NCBI GenBank assembly: GCA_965285935.1
Contig: OZ260663.1
Span: 13,454,001-13,518,000 of the forward strand
Reading direction: 5' to 3'
Length of the DNA: 64,000 bases
Origin: Ophelia neglecta
Taxonomy: Eukaryota
In this document: positions 1-12,647 of the stretch, one piece after another
Numbering within the stretch: the first letter of the stretch is position 1
Layout: every line of letters starts with the position of its first letter
Notes under the pieces: generated by a model
Database searches by the model: none
Told to the model about the DNA's origin: nothing
The model's input: only the letters and a program-made list of their open reading frames with translations
Position numbers and translations under genes: made by a program

Positions 1-69
1 GTGAAGATACGTGCACTTGTAATGAAATATGAGACCATTAATTTGTATTAATGTCCAATGTTTCTTTAG

Positions 70-3000
70 GTTGTGCTTATTGTCCTTCATCAAGCTCATG
101 CGATGATTACAACGGCTGTGAGCAATGTTCTAATGGTACTATGATTCCAGATTGCACCAAAGGTACCTCATAATTTGTTGCAATGATATAAATGGTGTTA
201 CCAGGCAGTCGCTGTAAATTAGTTCTAAAAGTCAATGATTGGAAGGGAAAGCACTCTTCGTCCTGTTTATTAATGACATTTAGTATTGTAGGATGTCAAT
301 CCGGTAAGTACGGAATAAACTGCGCCGAAAGTTGTAGCTCGCACTGTCATGACGACCGTAACTGTAATAAGGTTAGTGGGGTATGTTGGAATGGTTGTCA
401 GGATATATGGGACTATAAAACGGACGACTGGTGGATCGGCGAAAGGTGTGACATACATGTTCGTAAGTTTTTCTATTAATATATTTAATTTTATCCCGGT
501 TTTGCATTGATACACATACGTATTGATACACATATTCACCTAAAAATAAAATCACTATGCGACGTATAATTATGATTGAATTGTACACGAATAACCCCCG
601 TACAATGCATGTTCAATTCAGCCTACGTCCCATCTTCTTCAATTTCCTACATCACTTATGCACAATTGACTATGACCGCGATGACTGTCATATGGAAACA
701 CAAGCTAGATACTAGTTTACCATCATCGGTGTATAAACATTATGGTTATAATGTGTATCTGAGGAATGCGAACACAGATTGGAGATTTTCTGGAACAACT
801 TCTTATACTACTGAGAATCTGCATAAATATTATCTGACAAACCTGAAAGCAGCCTCATACTTTGAAATAACTGTGGTGGTTGTTAGGATGTTAGAAAACG
901 GCCAGGTTTACGGACCACTGCCAGAAAATAACCCATCTACTGCCATCAATGTGACTACATTATCCCGTAGGTATTGTTAATAACTGTACATTAGAATTAC
1001 TGAGTAGTTCAAATGACTGGACAGGTTGTAAGTAACAACCTGTCCAGTCATTTGAACTATTTAAGTATTATTTGAACTATTATTTGAACTATTAAACTTT
1101 TTACCCCTGAAAATAAAGCTATATCTCCAATAAATGATTTGCGGTATAACTCCCAGTCAAGGTGGATTTGTGATCGCTCCATTATATTCATAATGTGTTG
1201 TCTTTTTGATAGCAATCCATGACATTTACTTTTGATTCTGCTAGCTCTCGAGTCCTATACAAGGTACGGACGGCTTCCCTGTCCACTGCCTTATAATCCT
1301 GCTAATATCCTGCTGGTTATCACGTTACCCATAAAAGATATAGATTAATATATGTACATATAGGAGGAACTACGACTACCAATGCTGTTTTGAAAACGTC
1401 GAGTCCCGCACAAGGTACCTTCACCACGGTCAGGACGGATCCCACAACGTATTCAGATTCTATAGGAATCGAGAGTACTTCAACTACAGTAGATTCTTCT
1501 GCAGCCGATACAGAATTGCAAAAACTCAATGTTGCAGCGGTGGTGGGAGGTGCCCTTGGATCTATTGTACTCATTGCTCTGGTCGCCGTTATAGTGGTGT
1601 TCGTTTTGAGGTTAGAACACTTAATATGCTGTCAGGAATGACACTAATTTAAAGCTTGAGTAACTAGATTATTGGTTTTATTTAGTTCAGTACTATCTCT
1701 TTCTTTTCGTTTAGACGGAGGAGACGAGGAAATAAAAGCGACAATGATAAGCAAATGGATAATACTAGTATGTGTCAACACTTATATTTCTTTAAATTTA
1801 GGCCAGAAATTACAATGACCCGATTAGATAACGAAAAAGGACAATACAGCCCTTCGTCTTATGATGGTATATTATATTACTCAGGCGTTCATGGAAAAGC
1901 AGAAGCGGCCTTTAGCGTACAAAAAGTGGCCGAGGAGAATGCCCAAAGCCAACCAGAAGGTAAATGTGAAGAACTGGACGAAGTGGAAGATATCGCCATT
2001 GACTATTCGGGCCCTGGGCCTATGTACGCCAATGCAAGACGCTCCGTTTTAGTTAGTACCACAGCGATCCAGGTCAAAGGCTTGGAGGAGTTTCTCTCTA
2101 AAAAGAAAGACGATCAAGAGTGGTTCAAGGAGGAATTTAAGGTACTCGACCAACTAAACATAATATATGTTCGATTGAAAATTTTACAACGAATGCGTAA
2201 GCTGTGTTCTAGCTATGGTTACTCTCGCTTTATGTTTCTGCCAGTAATGTATATTTCTTTAATACAGTCACTTCCGCAAGGACAACTATTCGAATGCAGC
2301 GAAGGAGCCAAGAAGGCCAATGTGAAAAAAAATCGCTTCAAAAACATAAAACCATGTAAGTTTGTATCTTATATGAATCCTTAGCAATTCCATTTCGCTC
2401 TGCGGAGGATTTTATTCATTGAAATTATATTTCAGATGACTCCACTCGAGTAAAATTGAATGGTGAAAGTGAGAATGATTACATAAATGCCAATTTTATA
2501 ACGGTATGTTCAAAGTTTCTTGTTCAATTTTATTCGGATTTGCTGTAAATAAATTATAACCAGAAAAGTTATTAAAACTTATATTATGTACAAATATTCC
2601 TGTGATATTTGTCTAATTGATGCCGTACTGTGTGTTATTCGTCCAGGGTTACGGAGGAAATAGACAGAAGTATGTAGCTACACAAGGTACATTTATACTG
2701 TAAATTCCTGTAAAGGCTGACGTAAACATTTATTAATATATTTTGCAATGGGGGTGTTTTAGTCCATGCTTATTTGAAATACCCCATACCATTGTTTAGG
2801 CCCCAAACCCGAGACAATTGACGACTTTTGGAGAATGATATGGCAGTTGAAGGCATCAAGAATTGTGATGCTTACAGGACTGGTAGAAAATGGCGTGGTA
2901 AGTAAAAAAAAAGTCTGGTTATTGTAATCTTTCAGTTTATTTTGCTAAAGTGATTTATTGAGTGTCTAAAAAGGTTTCCACAATATTCCCAAAAACTAGT

Positions 3001-6000
3001 TTTTATACTTTAATGTTGTCTTGCACAAATATGTGTCGTCTGCCTACTTCTTAGCGGAAAACCTCACCTTATTGGCCGGATAATGCAGGAGATACCAAAA
3101 TGTACGGAGCATTGAAGGTCACTAATGCTCATGCCGCCAGTCTTGCAGAGTATCACTACATTAATTTCAAGGTAGAAAAAGAGGTAGGAATTTCGGTTGC
3201 ATAATTATATCAAATTATGTAGTACTATGACTAAAGTTGTGTTATGCTATCGATTTTATCAACTACCACAATTCCAGGGTAAGAAACTGCCAGTGCATCA
3301 TTTCCAATTTCTTGGGTGGCCAGACAAACGGGTACCGAATGAAACTTTTCCGTTAATTGCATTCCGCAACAAAGTTAGATCACGGGACTCATCAGGGCCA
3401 CTGGTGGTTCATTGCAGGTTATGAACATTTGAATGTCTACTTGAATGCCATAATACTGTTTATTTCTTAATTGATAGTCTTATTATAAATCCATTATACA
3501 TCCTTATTCATGAACAATCTGAAACAATGTTAGCCCTCTATAAATCATCGTCGACAATAAGACAATATTTAAAAAATATCTTTTATAATCATTTCATTCT
3601 ACTAAATGAGTTTTGAATTAAATATTTAAGGTGGCAACTGCAAATGAAAATATTATTTGCTTTGCCTCTAGTGCTGGCGTGGGAAGGACAGGGACATTCA
3701 TAGCCATCGATTACCTGCTTGAACAAGCAGATTCTGAGCAGGAGATAGATATTGTCACCCTGGCAACCCAAATGAGAATGGAGAGGATGCTTTTGATACA
3801 AACGCTGGTAGACACATATGATATTTTGGCAATAAATCAAAATAACAATTAGTATTTTCGAAATGATGAGTCCACATTTGAACTTCTCGTAGTTCTTGAA
3901 TAGGCTAGTTTCTTTTATCAAAGGCCCAGTATATGTTTGTGTATGACGCTGTTCTGGAAGCAACTACTTGTGGAAAAACGGCCATTCCCATTGACAGCAT
4001 TGAGCAAGAGTGCCGAGTTACCGCAGAATCCGGTAACCATGTAATCAACAAACGTGTAGAACAGTTTGAGGTATGATCTCTTCAATTATTTTTCTAACAT
4101 TGCTAGCATTGCATGATTTTAAATAATAGATATTTTCTTCCACGATGTATTATGTGTACAATTAAATGATTTCTTAATTTGAAATGTGTATGATAAAAGG
4201 TGTAATGGGTTATTTTCCCTAACTTCAGTTAATAGCTAGCCTCAAGAATGACACCATCGATAAAAGCACAAACGGATTTCGTTCTGAGAACATGCCTAAA
4301 AATCGAAATAACTGCATTGTTCCAAGTAAGTTGATAACACATAAGCAATACTATCGATTTTGGACAAGAAACAAGTTTAAATGGTTTGTAATTAGTAAAT
4401 TATGTAAATCAAACAAATCAGATGAAATACAAGTTTTCTAGTGTATTAACCCAAAAGCAAATTTTATTTATTTCTGATTAGATATCGGCATAAGAAAGTT
4501 AGTCAAATGAAATGTTTGCAGCACATATTTTAATTATTAATAATATTACATATTATTAAGTTTTTATTGCAATGCGGTCTTTAATTTAAACGTCATTAGG
4601 TGATGGGCTACGTCCTAAATTGATTGAGATGTCAGCATATAAAAGTGATTACATCAACGCAGTGTTCGTAAACGTACGTATGGCGATCTTGTTTGGTATC
4701 CGATATGCTTTAATTTTAACTTCGAATTATCAAAAATCAACCTTTTTAATACAATTCAAGCAAATATCCACGCATATAAACCCTGAAAGGCAAAGCCTGG
4801 TTTGGAAGCTGATCGTTTGTTTCTTACACGCTAGAGTTTTAAGGTGACAAACGAAATGATAGCCACACAGGCGCCCTTGGCTGAGACAGTGATAGACTTC
4901 TGGCGACTTGTGTACGACCATGATTGTGGCACCATCGTCATGCTAGACACATATAAGGACACCGAGGAGGTAGTAAAAGTTATAATATACTAAGCTATAT
5001 AAACAAAAATTAATGAATATCCTACTAAGCTAAGCTGTTTTATATCATTTAAAGACAGCATACACACTATCTTTTTTTATTCGCTCGCGTTATTTATCTA
5101 GGGTTTATCCATTTTTCGTATATTGTTCCTAACACCAAACACCGCCAAAAATATTGAATATGCTAGTGTTTCATCCTTAGTATTTTTCTTGTTTTCCACA
5201 GTAAAACAAACTAAAATTGAGGAATACGGGCTCTTAAACCTCGAAAACGGCCGTAAAACTCTCGATTATTAACGTATACGACCTATAGCATTTACGAGAC
5301 ACGTTTATTTGTGTATATTTGCTTCACAAACTGTCAGTGATTTTCATCTAGAGATTACGAGTGAAAACGACCTCCGGAAGAACTCGTTTATTTCTTCTAG
5401 GGATTACTGGTGAATGCGAGCATTGAAAGTGTTCGCTTATTTGATCTTGTGATTGAGGGAGAATGTTAGTAATAAAAGCGCTCTTTATGCCATGATTAGC
5501 TTATGCAAGAATACGAGAGCCTAATACGGCAGCATGTTCAAGAATACGAGATAATTTTTCAAACATTCTTGGAATTTTTCATTATTTTGTTCAAATTTGG
5601 TTTCCCTGCCATTCTAAATGGCAATTCTTGTGTAAGCCTTTATGCGGGCCGCTAAATATACATCAATATACAAGTGTTTTTATATTTTAAGGCATAAATA
5701 TGGTTAACACACGACATTTTATCAGACAAAGAGGTTAACAAGGCTATACGAGGCTTCAAAACGTACTTGGCCTGAATACAGCTAGCATTGAACACAGGAT
5801 GTGCTTGAAATTGACCACAAAATGTACGGCTATATAACAGACTTGTAGACCAAAAAGGAAAGAAAAACGGCTACTATACTGTTTGTTTATGCAAGTCACT
5901 CGGCGGTAAAAATCTAAAGAAAAATATACTCTGCTGAAGCGTAGGAAAACTGATGGCATACGAGAACGTTAAGTGCTTGTAATCGGCCTGGAAATGATGA

Positions 6001-8296
6001 AAAAATAAAAAATAAGCGTAATCGTTGGTGCAACAATGGGCGCATTTGACATCGCATGTTCTGTAGTTCGGATGTGGTTTTTTATTCCCGTTTACGTCGT
6101 TTACTTAACAAAATACCTCGCTGGTTACGCTGCCATATTCGAAATTTTGCGCAGTGATGTTTGGTGCTCAAGCATTTATTTCAATGAAAATACACATCGA
6201 GAGACATATATCTTCCGAGAAGTCGGACTTCTGACTAATGGCTGTGGTCTGAAATGCAATAGCAATGCAAGCTGTTATGATTTGAAGATTCATTGATCCA
6301 TTCAATTTGTTTGCCAACGTGAAATTTACACGATTGGGGTAACTGTGTAAAGTCTGTAACAACAATAACTTTCTTTGATTTTAGTTTTAAAGTAAAGATT
6401 ACCAGTACAGTCTGAATGAACTGTATTTTTGAACAAATATAAATGAGAAAGGGGGTAGATTGTCCTACATAAATATACATATACAACGGTTCACACCGTC
6501 TAACCACGTGCATTCAGTAATATGTTGAGGTTTCACTACTGTTAAATATTTACACGAAACCAAATGGAATTTCAGTGTAATGTTTGGCGCAAATAAATAT
6601 TTCAGACGGCAGTGCCATATTGGCCGGAGGAAATAGACCGAGTCCAAGAGTTCGGGCCTTTTGAAATAAATGTCACTTCAATCGAACCGAACAGAAGTAA
6701 TACATTGAGAACGATTCAGATTAAAAAGAAGAAGGTAAAGCACGATTTAGTTGAAAAATCTAGGCGAATATTAAATCTTAATCAAAACTTTATTAAATCT
6801 TCACATAGCTGCAACACTTTCTTTTATTGTTTCAGGTAGACAAACTACCTCGAACTATTCAACACATACAATTGATAGACTGGGACAAAGGTGAAGACCT
6901 CCCAGTGATGAGGTCGTTTCTTGACTTATTTGACCATGTTGACAAGAACAAATTAGAGGGGAAGCTAGTTGTCCAATGTCTGTGAGTGTATTGAAGTACT
7001 TAAACGTTAATAACCAGTGACAGGACGTTGATACATAACATTATCTTGGCATATTTTATAGACGTGATACAGAAAAAATAATACTCTAATGCCCATAAAT
7101 GTATGTAATTGCGCTTCCTTTTCGGGTTAAATTGTTATTTGTTTTGAAAAATAACATCATTAAATTTGCTTGCATATCGTACATGTTCCTAAAGTAGTGA
7201 TTTAAGCATCTTAATGAGGTAATTGATACTATTTAATTACAAGCGATGGCGCCGCCCGGTGTGGTTTGTTCTGTGCCGCCCGTTACATGTTAGAGAAGCA
7301 GACGATAGAGAAGGAAGCGGACGTCTTCCTAGCCGTCAGATACATCACAAGTGTCAGGCCACAGTTTGTGAACAACCAGGTATATTACGCTTCCGTTAAC
7401 GATACCCATTGAATACATAATCTTGTTTTAATTTCCGCGGACCGAATAATTATATGAAGTTGGTCATGCAGATTTGTCTTTTTAAACTGTAAGTCCTTTT
7501 AATATGTGCTGAAATTGGGACCGCCGAGTGCAGAAAATGATGAATAAGGAACATCGCCAACTAGCATGATTTTACTAGTTACTCAGCTATTTTTACTTTT
7601 GTATGCCGGTGACTGTATTTGGCTGGGGCATTCTGCTTGGGAAATTCGGAATGTTTTGGACTCATTGTCATAATATCGCAAAGCGTGGAAATTACAAAAT
7701 AACAGTTCAAGATCAAACATAGAGACGTTTAGGAAACGGAAAGTCATGAGATTATTGCCGTTCAAATACAGAGGCAAAACTAAAGAGATTATTGGGGTTT
7801 ACGATGGAAATGGGTACCAACGGCGAAGAATAGAATAAACAAGGCACTACTAAGTTTAAGAGCCCTAAGCAAAGATTATACATGTACTGTTTTCGTCCTG
7901 TGGAAAATATCAAAGTATATGTGACCCTAGTTGAAAGAATCCTACTTTAAGGAGCAGATGTGTGGGGAATTATGATTTCGAAATAAATCGAGGCAGTTCA
8001 TATGTGTTTTTAAAGAAATTCTGATAGTCAGACAGACTACCAGAAACGAGATGGTCCTACCAGAAACAGACCAATTTACTATAACATGAAAGGCTAAGCT
8101 GAGAATGAATAAATCGCCTATCTCTCTTTGACCATGAGATCAAAAAATTACGAAGGTACCAAGGGGCCCGAAAAGTCTTGTTTTGCAGAAGCTTGATATG
8201 TTTATTATCCTTTTTCATTCACAGGCCCAGTATAGTTTTCTGTATGACCTTGCATTGGAACAACACAAAAGATGTTGCGTGTATGATAACATATAA
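70..8296 (+). CDS. Receptor-type protein tyrosine phosphatase (EGF-like repeats, FN3, S/T stalk, TM, tandem PTP D1/D2); multi-exon, 5' part outside the window
   Basis: Exons spliced by hand, all GT-AG and phase-consistent: 70-162, 292-462, 622-966, 1364-1610, 1715-1767, 1885-2141, 2268-2355, 2436-2503, 2647-2686, 2800-2897, 3055-3183, 3278-3417, 3672-3807, 3924-4070, 4229-4325, 4600-4673, 4835-4969, 6606-6734, 6836-6981, 7244-7379, 8225-8296 (stop TAA). Ectodomain: CQSGKYGINCAESCSSHC (EGF/laminin-EGF-like) and an FN3-like exon (LTNLKAASYFEITV). TM: VAAVVGGALGSIVLIALVAVIVVFVL, then RRRRR. D1: KNRFKNIKPYD, DYINANF, YVATQGP, DFWRMIW, YWP, WPD, VHCSAGVGRTG, IQT. D2: DYINAVF, ATQAP, DFWRLVY, VQCLDGAARCG. 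Confidence 0.93.
1005..1059. repeat. Perfect 25-bp inverted repeat (hairpin) in a phosphatase intron
   Basis: tagttcaaatgactggacaggttgt (1005-1029), loop aagta, acaacctgtccagtcatttgaacta (1035-1059); followed by two more tttgaactat copies to ~1093. Confidence 0.9.
5200..6100. mobile_element. Probable non-autonomous transposon relic expanding phosphatase intron 17 (boundaries approximate)
   Basis: Intron 4970-6605 is 1.6 kb, against ~80-400 bp for most other introns. It is CpG-rich, with TACGAG at 5293, 5356, 5512, 5545, 5747 and 5959, and caagaatacgaga twice. No clean TIR or TSD found. Confidence 0.35.
7583..8060 (+). mobile_element. Highly decayed CR1/L2-group LINE RT fragment in the last phosphatase intron
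   Basis: Frameshifted translation gives QLFLLLYAGDCIWLG (decayed LLYADD), NVLDSLS..KAWKLQ.NSS.SN...FRKRK...FKYRG, GADVWG, IEAVHM and VRQTTRNEMV, in the same order as the RT C-terminal motifs of the intact LINEs at 19-25 kb. Confidence 0.75.
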
Positions 8297-9349
8297 GACA
8301 TACATATTAGGACTCTCTTTGGGACGTCCACAGATGACGTTAGACCTGTTGAAAAGTGTAGTATGTTTACTAATATGACATTATTACTGTAAAAACTTTT
8401 ATATATAATATTATAAACAATGCAATGTCGCTCAAATCTAAGAATCGTATTTAGCGATGGATATTTTTCGACGAGCAGGTTTTGCCGGTTGATAATATGC
8501 CCTATTGTATACCCGGTGTCATGAAATATTCAAACCATAATATCCGAGTCAAGCCCTGTAATTATATGATGAAATAAATCGCCTATTGTCTAAGCATTAT
8601 CTGCACTCGAAATATGTTTCATTATACTTTAGCTTAATATATCTTCGTGGAATTTCTGTCCGCAGAAGTGTCCTTCCTTAAAAAATATCCTTCACACCAC
8701 ACCACTTGCATGAGAAGACCCCAATCATTTCGTCCCCAGTGGCATCTCAATATAGCAAATTGGCCACAATCACAATCGTCTTATAAGATGCGTATTTCCA
8801 CTCTCAGATACAAAATTCCTTAATTTGTCTTAATTTCCAGTATCCCAACCATAATATTTCTGTTTTATTTTTATTTTGTTGTAGTCCTGATATTTACTAG
8901 TAAAGTTCTATAAATCTAAGTCGTGAAGAAGGGATTCTTCATCCGATGGTAAACCTGTGGTATCGTTAGCATATTGCATACGTTTTACTTCACTATTCCC
9001 CAATGTTTTGCTATGAAGCTTAATACTCTTTAAATTGGGGTTCCCCTAATTTTACAAGACAAAACCTCAAGCGCTAGAATAAATAAAATCGGAGACACTT
9101 GCCAAAAAAAGAATCTTTCATAAACCTGTTATTAATCACCTTAGCTTTAATGTTATATAATCAAATGTTAACCCGTTGTATTGATTCGAGCCCAAAATTA
9201 AAAATAGAAACACAACGTTTCATGAAGTCACGACTTACACTGTAGCGTGCCTTTTTGTAGTTAACAGCTATGAGTAAGCCAGGGAGATTTTTCATTTAAA
9301 TGTTCCAAGGGCCCTAATGAGTTCAGAAGATGAACGACCCCTGACATAA

Positions 9350-9753
9350 CCCACCTGATACATGATATCATAGCGTGCCACAACGTGGCACTGTGACGTG
9401 GATACAGCGAGGCCACAACGTAGAATAGGCAACACACCCTGCCATCAGAAAACGGTTCGTAACAGTAGGCGGTTCTCGTTCTGTTAATTTAATTTCTACG
9501 TCGAACCACGTGGTTACTACGTTTTTCCACGTTGCTGCCACTTTGTTAGCCCTTTGTAGTACGTTGCAGTAAGTTGGGCAAAAATGGGCGCTTATTTCGA
9601 GCTTTTCCAAACTCACTTTGCCAGTTTACGTTTAATCACGTTGCGGCCACCTTGTTCCAAGTTTGATCACGTTGAAGCCACGTCCTGATACCTTTCTGCT
9701 ACGTTTCGCAACCTAGCTAAACGTGGCGGCAAAAACGTGATACCATGACTGGG
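9350..9753. mobile_element. MITE-like element with CCCA...TGGG ends and dense ACGT subrepeats (possibly CMC/EnSpm-type)
   Basis: Left end cccacctgatacatgatatca; right end tgataccatgactggg (reverse complement cccagtcatggtatca). About 15 ACGT cores (caacgtg/cacgttg-like) in 400 bp. No TSD evident. Confidence 0.6.
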
Positions 9754-10879
9754 AGATAAAATAGTGTGTAGTTGTTATTTGGTTCGACACATATGTAGCC
9801 AAACAAGCCAGGTGGTAGTTCTCGTGCAGCCACCTTGGTATCAGAACTGAAAAGTGCCACTTTAAAAAACCTGTTGTCGACTTCAGTGGTTAATGTGCCT
9901 TATCTACTTACCTAGAAGGTAATTTTGTATTTTTTGAAATCTGTTTAGTAATCATATTATCAAACCGGATAGATACTAGACAAAATATAATATTGGTGGC
10001 CAACGATGATGCTTTAGCGTGTCGCAACCTTATGTTAAAGTGTTACTACTATTTCCTACGCACAGTAGTTATGTTGAAACCATTTGTGTCCCGAAAAATG
10101 GCATTTTTAGCACGGCGAACCGCACATGTACTACTGCAGCCGATAACGATTAAGAGGTAGGGAGGTTAAGCAATGGTCGCAATCACAATATAGCAGCATG
10201 TTCGCCCAGATCTTTGTGAATAATTGGAGCCTTTCATGAAAATGTGCTTTAAATTCAACCAACAAAGTTATTATTATCCGAGCCAAAGTGGCTACCAAAG
10301 GAAGCACCGTCAATGAGCATCCGGCGATCATCCTTTTAGCGGAATTTGAACCGTTTTTATTAAGGTTGTTAAATCATAAAACACGTCGTACTTTATTGGG
10401 TCTCAATATAGCAGAATGTGTTTAAATAGTAAAGGTGATGACATAATTTACCATAATGTTTATGCCCATATCCGGCGATTGCTCTCTATACAGCATACGT
10501 GGCCCTTGCGGAACCTTTCTTCTAATTAGTTAATTATTTGGCAGGTGCGGTTAGAAGAGATTGATGTTTACAATTCTAGTATTTAATATAAGCAATGCAT
10601 ATTATACACCTTTAGTGCTTAACCTTATATTTATAGCTATCTTACTTTCAGGAAATGCCATTTTTTACTTGTAGTTAAGAAATAAGATTAGCCTAGGTTT
10701 TTGTTTACTCGATGACCGTGTTTTGTCCAAGAATTGAGGAAAACACAGATATACTGCCACGTCAAACGCGGTTCCACCAAAATGGCCGTTTTCCACGTAT
10801 GCTATTATTTATTTTGAATGCCAAACTAGTAATCATGCATACGATACATGTTGGGAAAACTTGCTGAGAAAATTAAATT

Positions 10880-11100
10880 AATGAAATAAGCAATACGAAT
10901 GCATTCTTAGTCCAAAACCTAATCCAATGACTCCCCAGTGCTTCAGGAAAATGGGGCATTAGGAAAGCCCAACAATAATAATGTATACTATATAACTTAA
11001 CTTCCTGAAATAAGTAAAAATATTACAGTTTAACAATATTCTTAGTCCAAAATATTAATTCAATAACTCAACAGGCCATCTGGAAAATTATGTATTAGAA
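10880..11100. repeat. Diverged ~135-bp tandem duplication
   Basis: attcttagtccaaaa at 10903 and 11038, each followed by similar sequence (aat.caat.actc...ca/ctggaaaat...attag). Confidence 0.55.
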
Positions 11101-11293
11101 ATATCATGCTATAGCTTATTAACAATAATGAGTAGGTATAAAAATGAAGCGTTCTGGACTTCGGTGTATTCATATATTTACTTGTGCTTAGGCTTAATAT
11201 GGTGTGGTTAAACGCATACAGATACGGTGTTACCTTAACACTGCTGGATGTGATAAAAAGTTCTCTCGTATACTAGTCATCCCTTAAGAAAAA

Positions 11294-12573
11294 TCAAGCT
11301 ATTCCATAAATTGAATTAAATTGGTAAACATTAGTTTCATATGAATATAGTTTAAAGACCACGTGATCCAAACTTTGCACCGTGGTGGTTAACAATGTCA
11401 GGGAAATAGGTTGTATATCAATAACGGATTTTTTACCACAGTTATTGCCTACACATTTAAGGCGGTACTTAAACGACATTTCACAAATAAATTATCACTC
11501 AATAAAACCTCAGTGTTTAGGTGATACAATTTTTGGGGTTGGTATTTAATACAAGTCTGTGTCAAAAATAGAACATAGAAAGTAATAGTCGTTAATAGAA
11601 TGACGCTGTTGATTGAACGAATTGTTAACAGGCAGGAATATCCAATGCAAGAACGCTTACTATTATTGGCCTGACTTAACTATGTGACAAAGTCTATAAG
11701 CCGATACCACATGTGGGGCATGATGTGGGTGTTTAATTTAAAATCTTATTGAGCACACAATGAATGAATGGCTGCTAGCTTCCGGACTGGAGCTCCAAGG
11801 TAGGAATATTTCTATGGTAAAAAGATCGGCCATTTATGTCATCAATTCCTTCGCCGTTGTAACTATAACGGGTTCAACGCAATGACAATGTGCACTCCAC
11901 AATTAATTACAAAAGCCATCGCTAAAAAAAAGCAATTATGTCTGTGCGACGAATATTGAAAATATTATATAACCTAGCTACTAACAGGTTCACATAGTTC
12001 ATCCATCCTGGTTTCATTAGGCTGACATATTGTTAACTCACTCTTGCTTCACAAAGGTGATTTGCGAACCATTCCGCACTACCACGAACATTGTCATGCA
12101 AAACAAGTTCACATTTGTATCAAACGCGGAATTGATGAGACTCGAGTATGGTATTGGATTGTAATTAGACTAATGCAATGTCGTCTACATTAAACCCGCA
12201 ATCTATTGGTGCTTTACGTTCACGGTCATCAACCATTATCCATTTCAACATTACAGCCGATGATTGGCCGTTGTCGCTGCACGTCTCTTGCTATCAATGC
12301 AGCTTATGCCACAGCTTTTCGCTAACACAAAAGCAGCGATTTCCTATGGGACTGGGGCTTCATACATGAAATCTTTCTACTGGCCGACATGTTCCGCGAA
12401 AGTAGCCATCTCGCGAAAATTACCTGGCTTAAACGGAATAATCCGGAACTTAACCGAGGGCTGTCTTCCCAAATATATTCATTGCCAGACTCAGAAGTGT
12501 AAACAAGTACGACCAAAGATATTAAAATACCAATCACTAGCCTCGCAACTGTAAAAAGTGGGACCAAAGACAT
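11294..12573 (-). pseudogene. Possible decayed intronless type II membrane protein gene (SGNH/PC-esterase-like?)
   Basis: N-terminal anchor MSLVPLFTVARLVIGILISLVVLVYTS, then frame-broken stretches YKCELVLHDNVRGSAEWFANHLCEARV, AFVINCGVH and KSVIDIQPISLTLLTTTVQSLDHVVF. Family assignment rests on visual motif resemblance only. Confidence 0.25.
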
Positions 12574-12647
12574 TGTTAAACCAATCGCAAACCTTACAAT
12601 GGTAAACAAGTGGGATCAGTTACAATAGAAAGTTACAATACCAGTCA

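Noticed and set aside
1213-1263. 51-nt AG...GT exon candidate in the phosphatase intron
   Set aside because: Open only in phase 0, while the flanking exons require phase 1, which gives a TGA stop.
1755-2384. 209-aa ORF as a standalone gene
   Set aside because: It is phosphatase exons 5-7 read through their introns.
10131-10510. Possible further minus-strand coding relic (DDRRMLIDGASFGSHFG)
   Set aside because: Too short and stop-rich to tell from chance.
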